Notes: a model not told the origin generated them from the sequence alone. Counted from the whole stretch's first letter, positions 1 through 12,029 are shown. The stretch is DNA of 63,873 bases, filler included, from Chiloscyllium plagiosum (GCF_004010195.1; 5 parts of 5 records of this genome joined end to end with filler, not necessarily neighbours in it); one strand, 5' to 3'. Translations and numbers: made by a program.

Positions 1-347
1 AATGATATTTGCATAGTGGAGAGTAACTTTAACATTAAAGTCCGACTGTCCAATACTGATGTTAGGAAATTCATGACTTTTGAAGGGTGTTAAAATTTAG
101 GCGCCTTTCCTCAAGGAAACTACTGAAGCTGGGGAGTCAATTGTAACTTCTTAAACTGAGATTGGTAGATTTTGTTTTTGCCAGCAAGAATATTAAAAGA
201 TCTCGAAGAAAGCAGTATGACATAACTAGTTGAAGGTCACGACAACCCCAAGGGCTGCGGAGTCTATCTTCTCGTTCCTATATTGCTTTGTTTGTTGGGC
301 TAAAGTTTCCATATTTCCATCTGTACCCTTGTTCTGAAGGGATTGTG

Positions 348-397
348 GTAGAGAGAGGTGAAATGTTTAAATGGAGGCATCTAGCTTTCTATATTGT
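348..397 (+). pseudogene. Probable relic TCR-beta J segment (copy 1)
   Basis: Heptamer-like GATTGTG at 341-347, then 1 nt + 16 codons (*REVKCLNGGI*LSIL) in the same register as the J at 4948 (G10, L13). Stop codons, no GT donor, poor nonamer. Confidence 0.4.
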
Positions 398-634
398 TGA
401 CATTTGCTACCTTGGACGTGAGATTAATTTGATTGTTTTCAATAAGTTTGTGAGTGCGCAAATGTCTAAATATCCATTAGTCCTTTTATCCTCTATCTAT
501 CTGTACTGGCCTGGCCTGCAAGTGTCACCTTTTGCTTCCTTTTTATGCATGCCTTGAAATCTGTGTAATCATTTGCATTTCTGTGCATCTGTCTACTTAT
601 GTTGCATTTTGATACCAAGGTTTAATGTAGTGTG

Positions 635-689
635 GTTGGGAATGCTCAGCCTGTGCATTTCGGAGAAGGAACATTCTTAACAGTTTTGG
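635..689 (+). CDS. TRBJ: TCR-beta J segment VGNAQPVHFGEGTFLTVL (copy 1)
   Basis: FGxGT motif, phase-1 donor G|GTGAGT at 690, heptamer TAGTGTG at 628-634. The nonamer at 12-nt spacing is degenerate (TTTTGATAC). Confidence 0.9.
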
Positions 690-1043
690 GTGAGTTGGAT
701 TATTTTTGTGATGGAATCATCTCGCAAGACAAAGCTTTTCACTGTGCCTTGGTACACGTGACAATAAATTCAATTCAATTCAATTCAATTTGTGTTCCTA
801 ATTTCCAGTTCTCCTTCCTTTCCTCAAACTAAGGTTCATCTTGAGTGCAGAATTTAGTTAAAAGTTATGAAGATTTCTGAGAAAACTATTCTAGTATGAG
901 CAGGGCTAACATGTCGAGAGGTGGATAGATGGTATTGAGAATGTTTGCAGTCGAATTCAAGAAGACTAAAGTCAACTAGTAATGGGAGATGCAGTTCAAA
1001 CTAGTAGGACACTAGAATTTTTGTCTTGTCACATAATGATGTA

Positions 1044-1101
1044 GGAGCAGGAAGTACACAATTATCGCATTTTGGCGATGGCAATAAGTTAACAGTCTTC
1101 A
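1044..1101 (+). CDS. TRBJ: TCR-beta J segment GAGSTQLSHFGDGNKLTVF (copy 1; ORF/pseudo, defective RSS heptamer)
   Basis: FGDG motif, donor A|GTAAGT at 1102, nonamer AATTTTTGT at 1016-1024, 12-nt spacer. The heptamer TGATGTA lacks the essential terminal GTG. Confidence 0.8.
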
Positions 1102-1813
1102 GTAAGTTAATGCTTTTTTTGGACCCAAACAGCTTTGAAGCAAGAGAAACAATTTGCTCTCCTCAGTTTGAAGAAAGGAAGGAGAACTGGAAATTAGGAA
1201 CATTAGTAGATAACAGAAAATGACGTTTTCAGATTATAATCGTATTGAGAGACGTAAAATATCAACTAAAATTCTAGGATAGATTTGCAGTGACCTGTCA
1301 ACATTTACTAGCTTGACAACAGAGCTAAAATTGAGGAGGGTTTGTATATCGTACTTAGTGACTGATATAAGAGGTGACTGACTGGTTTGATTGATGTGTG
1401 TAAAATAATATAAAAGTTAATCCATCCGCTATTTATTCTGTTGGCATAGTTCATAGTAAAGCATGGAATGATATTTGCATAGTGGAGAGTAACTTTAACA
1501 TTAAAGTCCGACTGTCCAATACGGATGTCAGGAAATTCATGACTTTTGAAGGGTGTAAAAATTTGGGTGCCTTCCCTCAAGGAAACTACTGAAGCTAGGG
1601 AGTCAATTGTAACTTCTTAAGCTGAGATTGGTAGATTTTGTTTTTGCCAGCAAGAATATTAAAAGATATCGAAGAAAGCGGTATGACATAACTAGTTGAA
1701 GGTCACGACAACCCCAAGGGCTGCGGAGTATATCTTCTAGTTCCTATATTGCTTTGTTTGTTGGGCTAAAGTTTCCATATTTCCATCTGTACCCTTGTTC
1801 TGAAGGGATTGTG

Positions 1814-1863
1814 GTAGAGAGAGGTGAAATGTTTTAATAGAGGCATCTAGCTTTCTATTTTGT
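1814..1863 (+). pseudogene. Probable relic TCR-beta J segment (copy 2)
   Basis: GATTGTG at 1807-1813, then *REVKCFNRGI*LSIL with F7, G10, L13 in J register. Stop codons and no donor. Confidence 0.45.
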
Positions 1864-2100
1864 TGACATTTGCTACCTTGGACGTGAGATTAATTTGATT
1901 GTTTTCAATAAGTTTGTGAGTGCGCAAATGTCTAAATATCCATTAGTCCTTTTATCCTCATTCTATCTGTACTGGCCTGGCCTGCAAGTGTCACCTTTTG
2001 CTTCCTTTTTATGCATGCCTTGAAATCTGTGTAATCATTTGCATTTCTGTGCATCTGTCTACTTATGTTGCATTTTGATATCGAGGTTTAATGTAGTGTG

Positions 2101-2155
2101 GTTGGGAATGCTCAGCCTGTGCATTTCGGAGAAGGAACATTCTTAACAGTTTTGG
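2101..2155 (+). CDS. TRBJ: TCR-beta J segment VGNAQPVHFGEGTFLTVL (copy 2)
   Basis: Coding sequence identical to 635-689; heptamer TAGTGTG at 2094-2100; donor GTGAGT at 2156. Confidence 0.9.
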
Positions 2156-2512
2156 GTGAGTTAGATTATTTTTGTGATGGAATCATCTCGCAAGACAAAG
2201 CTTTTCACTGTGCCTTGGTACACGTGACAATAAATTCAATTCAATTCAATTCAATTCAATTTGTGTTCCTAATTTCCCGTTCTCCTTCCTTTCTTCAAAC
2301 TGAGGTTCATCTTGAGTGCAGAATTTAGTTAAAAGTTATGAAGATTTCTGAGAAAACTATTCTAGTATGAGCAGGGCTAACATGTCGAGAGGTGGATAGA
2401 TGGTATTGAGAATGTTTGCAGTCGAATTCAAGAAGACTAAAGTCAACTAGTAATGGGAGATGCAGTTCAAACTAGAAGGACACTAGAATTTTTGTCTTGT
2501 GACAATTATGTA

Positions 2513-2570
2513 GGTGCAGGAAGTACACAATTATCGCATTTTGGCGATGGCAATAAGTTAACAGTCTTCA
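2513..2570 (+). CDS. TRBJ: TCR-beta J segment GAGSTQLSHFGDGNKLTVF (copy 2; ORF/pseudo, defective RSS)
   Basis: FGDG motif, donor GTAAGT at 2571, nonamer AATTTTTGT at 2487-2495. Spacer is only 10 nt and the heptamer reads TTATGTA. Confidence 0.78.
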
Positions 2571-2671
2571 GTAAGTTAATGCTTTTTTTGGACCCAAACA
2601 GCTTTGAAGCAAGAGAAACAATTTGCTCTCCTCAGTTTGAAGAAAGGAAGGAGAACTGGAAATTAGGAACA

Positions 2672-3690
2672 CGAATTGAATTGAACTGAATTGAATTGAA
2701 TTGAATTGAATTTATTGTCAAGTGTATCGAGGCACAGTGAAAAGCTTTGTCTTGTGAGCAATACAGAGAGAGATCATATAGTTAAATACCATAGATAAGT
2801 AAATAATATGTACGCAGCAGCAAAAACAAAAACACAGACATAGGCGAATGTTAAGAGTTTGTGAGTCCATTCAGTATTCCAACAACAATAGACAAAAGAC
2901 AATAGGTGCAGAAGTAGGCCACTCTGCCCTTCGAGCCTACACCACCATTCAATATGATCATGGCTGATCATCCTTAATAAGTATTCTGTTCCTGCCTTAT
3001 CTCCATAACTCATGATTCCACAATCCTTGAGAGCTCTATCTAATTCTTTCTTAAATGAATCCAGAGACTGAGCTTCCACTGCTCTCTGGGGCAGAGCATT
3101 CTACACAGCCACCACTCTCTGGGTGAAGATGTTTCTCCTCATCTCTGTCCTAAATGGTCTACCCCATATTTTTAAGCTGTGTCCTCTGGTTCGGCACAAA
3201 CCCAAAGGAGAACAGTAGGATAGAAACTGATTTGAAACTGGTTAGTGCATGTGTTCAGGCTTCTGTACCTTCTCCCCAATGGTAGAGGTTGTAGAAAAGC
3301 ATTAGCAGGGTGAGATGGATCTTTGACGGCGGCCTTTCCTTACAGCAGGCCCAGTAGATGGATTCTATAGATTTGATGTTGGTCTTTGTGATTATCCGGG
3401 TCTGTTCACCACTTTCTGTAACCATCTCCGATCTTGAATGGTACAGATGCCATATCAGGTAGTGATAAATCCAGACAGAATGCTCTCAATGGCGCGCCCA
3501 TAACATTTGGCAAGGTTATTTGCCATCATGCCAAATTTTCTCAGCTGCTTGAAGAAGAAGAGACGTTGCTGGGCCTTTGTAACCAGTGCATCCACATGAA
3601 GAGTCCAAGAAAGTTTGTTGTTGATGACCATTCCCAGGAGCTTGACAGTCTCCACTCGTTCCACCTCTGTGCTGTTAATGTGTAGGGGGA
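2672..3690 (-). mobile_element. Rex1/Babar- or L2-like non-LTR retrotransposon 3' fragment with (ATTCA)n tail; nested CR1 fragment at ~2890-3200
   Basis: ORF 3455-3664(-) VKLLGMVINNKLSWTLHVDALVTKAQQRLFFFKQLRKF is a typical post-RT region; (TTGAA)n tail at 2675-2710. Confidence 0.75.
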
Positions 3691-3943
3691 CATGAGTAAT
3701 AAATAATTGCTACATTAAAGAAGCAGCAAACAAAACAACTAAATATTGGGGTTTGTCTAGGTGGCGTTGCATGAAGACCCATAAGTATAGCCTGAAATGC
3801 AAAGAGACAGATATAAAGAAAAATGGAGACCATGAAAGAATGAATGAATGCAATGCAATCATCAATCGACCAAATGAACTTATTTAGGTGTGTCTGGAGA
3901 ATTAAGGGTTCAGAATGTATTGATACAGCAATATAAAATTGTG

Positions 3944-3993
3944 TCAAGAAACGGCGACTACATTTCTCAACAGGGTAAAGCCTGTATTTAAGG
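3944..3993 (+). pseudogene. Possible relic TCR-beta J segment
   Basis: Heptamer-like AATTGTG at 3937-3943, then KKRRLHFSTG*SLYLR (F7, G10, L13). In-frame stop; GT dinucleotides near but not at the expected donor. Confidence 0.35.
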
Positions 3994-4919
3994 TTGGTGA
4001 TCTAATACATAAAAACAATGCTAACCATAGCTGGAATGAAGTTCCCAAATATTTCTGAAATTTCCAATATTCCTTACAAAGGAATCAGTGACTAGGTGGA
4101 AATTGATAGTGATAACTACCAAGTGTACAAAAGTTTGAAATGATTACTTAGTACATAATGGGATTGTGATGGAGGGACATTGGTGTTAATGAATACTCAA
4201 AATATTTGGAAGGAAGCGTTGAGGGTGCAGAAAGCCACTCATTAAAAATTTAAGAGGAGATAAGAAAATAAATTTTGATCAACTTTTAGGAGTCAGTTGT
4301 TGGATCCCAGTTAAAGAAATGTGTTTGCTTGTGAACAAAACACGGTAGGTTCTTTTTCAAGCCTTGGATATGGAGCAGTAATTATTTACTAGAATGGCTC
4401 CAGACGTGGGACAGCTGTGGGGACCTGACATTTCCTATGATTCTCTACAAGTCAGTAAAAAACAATTAGGGATTTAATCAACATTTTCAAAATTAATTAA
4501 CATCTTGTGTCGTGTAAACAATCATAAAGCTCACATTGGCAGAATGATTGGTGACCAATGTTAATGATTTTGAGGTAATTGATATGAGGTAATTGATATA
4601 AAAGATTCAGCAGAGTGATTTCTCATAGAGGATTTGGTATGGCATGTGTTTTGCTGGAAGCTTGCTGAATGGAAACTGGGTAATCATTTTTTATTGAAAA
4701 AATATTTATAAGGCTATGAGAAAGCAGAAAAGTGAGTGAAATTAAATGAATAGCTCTTCCGAAGTTTTACTGGCGACAGGTCTCTTTTTCTGCTTTATAA
4801 TTATGGCACTTTTAGAGTGGCATTGGATATAAAATAAATTAAGCAGATGAAATAAGGAATCAGTTAAGTACACAGTGGCCAATTGCAAGACTGCTTTAAA
4901 AAAACACTTTATCTTGTGA

Positions 4920-4947
4920 AGTTTTCTATCAAGGGTCTCACATTGTG
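4920..4947 (+). other. 12-RSS of J-beta at 4948
   Basis: AGTTTTCTA - 12 nt - CATTGTG. Confidence 0.85.
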
Positions 4948-4997
4948 TTCTGGAACTCAATATTATTTCGGAAGTGGCACTAAATTGACTGTAATCG
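4948..4997 (+). CDS. TRBJ: TCR-beta J segment SGTQYYFGSGTKLTVI
   Basis: FGSGT motif, 12-RSS, phase-1 donor G|GTGAGT at 4998. Confidence 0.95.
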
Positions 4998-5287
4998 GTG
5001 AGTCTAGAAATGTTAGGTTAACTTGGAAAATGTATGTTGTCAAAATTGCTAGGAAAGAGGTTTGAGATATCGGTTCGATTGCTGAAATGCCTTTTGTATT
5101 CAATGCATTTAGGGGATAGATGGGACCTAAAAGACAGAGAGGGGTCATCATTGATTGAAGAATTGTATAAAAGGAAAACTATTTTAAAGAAAGCTTTTTT
5201 ATTATTCCACGTTATGGATTCTTATAGATAGCAAAAGGTTACTTGTATTATGAATTAAAATTTCCCGAATGCTTTAGAAGGTGGAAT

Positions 5288-5315
5288 AGTTTTGTAACCG
5301 TGTTGAAGCACTGTG
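5288..5315 (+). other. 12-RSS of J-beta at 5316
   Basis: AGTTTTGTA - 12 nt - CACTGTG (perfect heptamer). Confidence 0.92.
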
Positions 5316-5368
5316 CTCTGGAAGCTATAATTATTTCTTTGGTGAAGGGACTAAACTGACTGTTTTTG
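5316..5368 (+). CDS. TRBJ: TCR-beta J segment SGSYNYFFGEGTKLTVF (not in the ORF track)
   Basis: FGEGT motif, canonical 12-RSS, donor G|GTGAGT at 5369. Confidence 0.96.
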
Positions 5369-6071
5369 GTGAGTTGCAAGTTAAAATATACGGTTAAAAT
5401 TTTCATCTTTCAAATAAATAAATGAATTGAAAATTAGGTATTCTGCCATTTTTCTAAGACAAACATTTCTGGTGGGAAATATCAATTTCAAAATTCATTC
5501 AGAATATGAACATGTGAATTTGTTGAGAAATATAGAAGGAATATTTTTGATTGTTTGCCTGTTGTCAGAACCTCCGGAAAGGCTAACATTTATCGCCCAG
5601 AACTAATTGCCCTTGAAAAGTTAATAGCGAGTGCCTTGCTGAACTGCTGGAGTCTATTATTTTAGAGATATCAGGTGCCTTGTTGAAAAGAACATTCCAA
5701 TATTATTGCCCACTTCCACAAAGATGGATTAAAGATCTTGTGGATTATTAATTCTAAAAATTGGTATACCAATAAATAATCGAAACGCAATATTCCAGAT
5801 GCACATCGTCCTCCTAATTTAAAAAAAAAATTCTCACTGATTCAAACTGTCATTCTATTTCTATGTCCTCTCTGTATCTGCTTTCATTTCCAATGCTAAT
5901 TTTTCATCTCGGGCATTCCCTGTTGCAGAAAGTTCGACATTCCCACAACTGAGTTATGATTTCCTCCAGAATTCCTGAAGTTGAACTAAAATACAATTTT
6001 GCAATCTCCATCATTCCCTCATCCCCCCGTTCTGCAGAACTCCATCACTTCTGTGTCTCTTCAGGTCGAGT

Positions 6072-6366
6072 TTAGATTAGATTTCCTAAAGTTATGGAAA
6101 TAGGCCCTTCAGCCATACTGACCTTCCAGAGAGTAGCCCACCTGAACTCATTCCCCTACCCTACATTTACCCCTGACTAAGGGACCTAGCACTATGGGCA
6201 ATTTAACATGGCCAATAGACCTGACCTGCACATCTTTAGATTGTGGGAGGAAACCCATGCAGACACGGGGAGAATGTGCAAACTTCACACCGACCGTCAC
6301 CCGAGGTGGGAATTGATCCCAGGTCTCTGGTGCTGTGAGGCAGCAGTGCTAACCACTGAGCCACCG
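6072..6366 (-). mobile_element. tRNA-derived shark-type SINE
   Basis: Minus strand reads GGTGGCTCAGTGGTTAGCACTGCTGCCTCACAGC (A box), a B-box-like GGATCAATTCC, and a (TCTAA)n tail. Confidence 0.85.
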
Positions 6367-6667
6367 CAGTGTGCTTGACTGCTAAGCAACTAAATTCTGG
6401 AAATTAGCCCCAGATTTCAGTATCACATTCTGCTCTTAGTTAGACTAATTCTTAAAGTTTTTGATGCAGTTAAGGGGTTGGATGATAAATGCTGGCTGTC
6501 AATACTGCTGCGAAGCATCACTTATTTATTGAAATTCAACACCTTGTATGAAATGCAAGGAGTGGTGTTGTAGTGTATTTTCTATCCATCGTCTAAGTTC
6601 AGTTTAAAAGGACGTAAGTGTGTCATTTGAGAATCCTTCTCAGAGGACAGCATTTTAAATAGTTGGC

Positions 6668-6695
6668 AGTTTTAACATTGTTCTGTAGCACTGTG
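6668..6695 (+). other. 12-RSS of J-beta at 6696
   Basis: AGTTTTAAC - 12 nt - CACTGTG. Confidence 0.9.
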
Positions 6696-6748
6696 CTCAA
6701 ATAACTATGACTATACATTTGGCGATGGGACCAAATTAGTAGTTTCAG
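6696..6748 (+). CDS. TRBJ: TCR-beta J segment SNNYDYTFGDGTKLVVS (most C-proximal; not in the ORF track)
   Basis: FGDGT motif, 12-RSS with perfect heptamer, donor G|GTAGGT at 6749. Confidence 0.96.
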
Positions 6749-9113
6749 GTAGGTGAAGAATTCAAAACATTATTTTGACTTTTATTGTTTGTAAGTTATC
6801 TCCAGTGGGTAGTGGCAGATAATCATTTGGCTCTTTGTTCAAAGCCAACTTTGGAATCCTGATTTGCTTTAAGAATAGTATTGTTATTGTTTCATCCTGT
6901 CTCAAGTGGAGATGACCTTTACTATGAGTCTATTCTCTGAAATTCCTACTGTTCACACTGAATATATTCAATGCAAGATTCTTCCCTTTCTTGACTAATG
7001 CAGTGGGAGACAGACTCATATACAGTATCTTTTATTGATCAGGAGAACTTCACTGCGTTTATACATGGGTATCTTGCTGAATTGAAAAACCTCTTCACAT
7101 GTGTCATTCATTCGGCAAAGTTTTCCTGGCAACTGTTAGTAGAAATGCACTGTTAATTACTGGAAGTGTCAACTAAGTAGGATGTAGTAAGGATAAAGAT
7201 GACATTTGCGACCTCAGTGTGCAGTAGAGTCAAACATTGTCAAATAAAGGATAAAGAAAGCAAAGCATTGTGAGAGGGAGGCAGTGAATATGAGGAAAGT
7301 TCACAATAGAAAAAAACAAAGAGAGAAAGACTTAAATAAAGTAAGAGAAAAATGAAAAGAAAGAAATGTATGAATGATTGAAGAAATGCTTTTTAAAGTG
7401 ATCTCAGAACAATTTGCTGCCTGTAGGTTTGAGAAGTCAATGTTAAAACTGTTCAATATCAGCATGATAGAGATTGATTGGTACTATATCCACAATATTA
7501 TACTTGTATTTCCATTCCAATATCTTTGTTTTATCTTTTTGCAGTGAATGTGACATCAATGTTGTTACTTTCAATAATTCGATAGACCATCACTGAAATT
7601 TTGTAAATGTTCATTACAGTCTAGTATTTGAATCAATCTATTGTTAGCTTTGTTCTTAGTTCCAAGTTATATGCAACTCCAACAGCAAAGAAATTCATTG
7701 AGATGCCTTATAGTATATAATGGTCTTTTTGGGTTTGACTGATGGCCCCAAATAATTCAAGAGAAATTGAGACTAAAGGATGACACCTTAAAATTAGAGA
7801 TAGAATGGAGTGTTCTCAGGAATCATTCCTTCACACAAATTCTAATAGAACTTAGAAACTCCCTCATTAAATTGCAGTGGGTGCTAAGATTAAACTGAAA
7901 CATTAAAGCAGAGTTAAGTACTGTTTTAGATGCTTTCAATATCAGGGATATGGACCGAAGTTGGGAAATGGAAATGTGGTACAGATTGGTCATTGAATGG
8001 GAGGAGGAGGTTGGGAAACTGAACGCCCTCAAAACAGTTGATTAGATGTTAGCAGTTATGCAATACATTTGTAAAATTGTTTTGAAAACAGCAGTGAAGT
8101 ATAATTTGAGGGACAAAAGTTTTGGATAGGTAAATGCAAATAAAAGTGTTCTTGCTTATATAATGGATCTTGATATGTAGGATACAATATCAGAGTTTAC
8201 AGATGACAGTCAACCAGGGTGAACTTTGAACTGTGAGGCAAATTTTGTGATTTCCAAAAGGTCAATGACAAGTTAGTGAAGTGGGAAGGTGATTGGCAGG
8301 TGAGGTTCAATGTAGGGAGGTGTGAGGCAAAGCACTTCGGTCAGAAGAACACTGAAGGGCAATATAAATTAAGGATTTCAATTCTAAAGGGGGCTCAGGA
8401 GCACAAGCACGTTGGTGTAGATGTACACAGATTACTGAAAGCAGCTGGACACGTGGAGGGAACTGTACTTAAAATATGCAGTGTGCTTGGCTTTATTAAT
8501 GGGGTATAGAGTTCGAGAGAAAGACACTAATATTGAACTTGTACAAAGCACCTCAGTTCGTGTTTTATGTACTTTGCAGGCTCCACATTATAGGAAAAAT
8601 GTGAATACATTGGGGAAAGTGCTGAAATAATTTCCCAGTGCAGGAAGGTTGGATGGGATGAAAGGCGTCCTTCTGCACTGTAACAATATTGCGGTTCAAT
8701 GATATCCATGTTCCAAGAAATATAACTAAACTTTTGAAGTTTGCTGCTCTCAAATAAGTCTTTATAATTAGACAGTTGAGAAAAGACCAGCTAACTCAAA
8801 GACATTGTAGTCAATCAAATAAAAGTGTTAATATGAATAAAAGAGTTAGATCTACTTTTATTATATAATCATCAAGCACCAGATCCTGTGTTTTGATACA
8901 GATTGAAATAATGCCCAGGATCAAAGTCAGTTCTCAACTTCAGACATAGTACAATTTTGACAGTATTGTGTTTGCAAATGTGAAGCAGTGGGAAATTGAA
9001 GAGCAATTATGTAGAGAGATTGCTGATAGCTGTAAGAATAAGTGAGTTTTATTGATAAATTGGGACGGCCAGTGTTAAGAGCTTGGATGGGGATGAATTT
9101 TTTAAAATATGAA

Positions 9114-9429
9114 TTTAGATTAGATTACATTACATTACATTACAATGTGGAAACAGGCTCTTCAGCCCAACAAGTCCACACCGACCCGCCACCCACCCAT
9201 ACCCCTACATTTACCCCTTACCTAACACTACGGGCAATTTAGCATGGCCAATTCACCTGACCTGCACACCTTTGGACTGTGGGAGGAAACCGGAGCACCC
9301 AGAGGAAACCCACGCAGACACGGGGAGAACGTGCAAACTCCACACAGTCAGTCGCCTGAGGCGGGAACGGAACCCAGGTCTCCGGCGCTGTGAGGCAGCA
9401 GTGCTAACCACTGTGCCACCGTGCCGCCC
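9114..9429 (-). mobile_element. tRNA-derived shark-type SINE (young copy)
   Basis: Minus strand begins GGGCGGCACGGTGGCACAGTGGTTAGCACTGCTGCCTCACAGC and ends in (TAATG)n(TAATC)n. Confidence 0.9.
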
Positions 9430-11875
9430 ACGAAATATGTTCAAAAAAGTTTTCTGAATCACTATATAGATGGCCTGACTAGAAAAGGGGCAAAGCTGAA
9501 CCTCCTCTTGGAAAATAAGGCAGAACACGTGACTGAGGTGTCAGTGAGGGTCATATTTGGACCAGTGACCATAATTCTATTAGTTTTAAAACAGTTGGAG
9601 GAAAGAATAGGCCTGCTCCGTGTATTAAATTCAAAGTGTGGGCAAAGCCAATTTTGATGGTATTAGACAGGTCTTTGGAAAGTTGATTTGGCGAGTTTGT
9701 TTGCAGGTAAAGGGATATCTGGCAAATGGGAGGCTTTCAAAAATAAGATAGTGAGAATTCAGGGGCAGCATATTCCTCCTCAAATGAAGGGCAAGGCTGG
9801 TAGGAATAGTGAACACTGGATGACTAGAGATATTTAGGCTCTGGTTAAGAAGAAAAAAAGAATATGTGTCAGGTACAGACAGCTAGGATTAAGTGAATTC
9901 CTTGAGCAGTAAACGGGGTATAGGAGTACACTTCAGAGGGAAATCAGAAGTCAAAAATAGGATATGAAATAGATTTGACAAATAAGGTTAAGGAGAATCC
10001 AAAGTGATTCTGCAAATATTTTAAAGGCAAAAGAGCAATTAGAGAGAGACTAGAGCCCCTTAAATATGCTTGAGGCTAGCTATGAGTATCATAGGAGATG
10101 GATGAGATGTTGATTATTGTACATCAGTACTTACTCTGGAGAAAGACATGGAAGCTCGGAAATGTTGGTAATAAATAAAGATGTCTTGAGAAAAGTCCAA
10201 ATCACAAAAGGTGAAATCCTGGAGATCTTAAAAAACATAAAGGTAGTTAAAGCTCTGGAACCTGATCAAGTGTATCCCAGGACATCCCAGGAAACTAAGG
10301 AAGAAATTGTGGGGCCTAGCAGAGATATTTGTATAATCGATAGCTATGGGTAAAGTGCTGGAAGACTGGAGGGTGGCTAATATATTCCCGTTATTTAAAA
10401 ACGTTTAAAGGAATAGCCAGACATGCACAAACGGGTGATGCCAGTGGTGGGTAAACCTTTGGAGGAATTCTGATATACAGGACATACATGTGTTTGGAAA
10501 GATATGGTCTGATTATGCATAGTCAGCTTGGATTTCTGTATTGAAAATCAAGTCTCACATACTTAATTGAGATTTTTTTTGAAGAGATAATCAAAAGGAT
10601 AGATGAAGGCAGAGCTATAGTCTTTGTCTACATGGACATTAGCAAGGTCTTCAGCATGGTTCCACATGATAGAGTGTTTGGCAATGTTCAATTATATGGG
10701 ATCCAGGAAGACCTAGCCAATTGCATATAAAATTGCCTTCACAGTAGGAGACATGAGGGTTGTGGTAGAGGATTGTATTTCAGTCTGAAGGCCTGTGACC
10801 AACAGTGTGCCATTAGGATCGACGCTGGGTCCACTGTTGCTTGTTGTTTATATAAATGGTTTGGATGAGAATGTAGAAGGCACGATTAAATAAATTTGCA
10901 GATTACACCAAAATTGATAGTAGAGTAAATAGAGAAGAAGTGATCCATAAGTTCAGACGTATTTTGATCCAATCAGCTGAGGAATGGCAGATGGAGGTTG
11001 AAGTAGTCAGGTGTGAAATGTTGCATTTTCTTAAGTTCATGGTGGAACCCTGGGAAGTAGAAATTCATGGAAACTGTACCATGTGGAAACAAATCATTAG
11101 GCCCAACAAGTCCACACTGACCCTCCAAAGACTATACCACCTAGACACATTTCTCTATCCCGTTACTCTATATTTCCCCTCACTGATGCACCTAACCAAC
11201 ACATCCCTAACCATTATGAGCAATTCCTTGAAAGTAGCCTCACAGGTAGACAGGGTGTTGATGAAGATGTTTGGCATGCTTGCCTTCACCAATCAGAGTA
11301 TTGAATACAGGATTGGAACGTCATATTACAACTGTGCAAAGGAATTGGCAAGGCCACATTTGGAGTGCAGCATTTAATTTGATCAACCTGCTATAAGAAA
11401 TATATTAAACTGGAAAGGGAGCTGAAGAGATTTACAAGGATGTTAATGAAACTGGAAGGTTTTAATTGGAAGGATAAGGTGGGATTTTTCCCCCTTGGAA
11501 TGTACAAAGTCAAAGAGTGACCTTACATGAGGGCTGTAGATAAGGTGAATAGCCAAGATCTTTTCCCTGGGTAGTGGAGTCAAAAATAGAAGACATAGGT
11601 TTAAGGTGAAAGGAGAAAGATTTAAAAAGGACCTGAGGGGAAACATTTTCACAAAGGTGGTGATGCATATATAAATGAGCTGCCAGAGGAAATAGCAGAA
11701 GTGGGCACAATTACTGTGTGTAAAAGATGTGTTAACAAGTTCATGAACGGGAAAGGTTTAGAGTGATTAGGACCAAATGCTGGCTAATGGGACTTGTTCA
11801 TTTGAGGATCTTGGTCGGTATGGATGAATTGGGCTGAAGAGTCTGTCTCTTTGCTACATAACACTATGACTCTTC
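9430..11875 (+). mobile_element. Degenerate CR1-type LINE (endonuclease end, RT, 3' UTR)
   Basis: Broken frames resembling CR1 ORF2 (AKLNLLL, ALEPDQVYPR, KFADYTK, EEWQME) and a CR1-like 3' end. Confidence 0.8.
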
Positions 11876-12029
11876 TTATGTCAATCTGAAATATATATTT
11901 TTACTAAATAACAATAGGGTGAAGTAAAACAACAGATCACCTGGTTGAAATCGCTGTTAGTGTGACAGGAGGAGTAACAGGAAGAAAATTATTAACTCTC
12001 CATGATTAATTTAAATATAAAACACATGA

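Larger units (their letters stand above)
1..2671 (+). repeat. Recent tandem duplication of a J-beta cassette (period ~1466-1469 bp; 1-1202 matches 1467-2671; first copy begins before the window)
   Basis: AATGATATTTGCATAGTGGAGAG occurs at 1 and 1467. Near-identity continues to ...AAATTAGGAACA at 1202 and 2671 with scattered substitutions and small indels. Confidence 0.95.

Noticed and set aside
701-746. CACTGTG at 740 (also 2206, and CACAGTG at 2733) with upstream TATTTTTGT as an RSS
   Set aside because: Spacing is 30 nt, the heptamer lies in a LINE 3' tail, and no J coding sequence follows.
4408-4425. GGGACAG as a D-beta segment
   Set aside because: Not the conserved GGGACAGGGGGC and has no flanking 12/23 RSS pair.
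9114-9429. tRNA genes suggested by A-box and B-box motifs
   Set aside because: These are the heads of dispersed SINE copies with LINE-like tails; no full cloverleaf is present.
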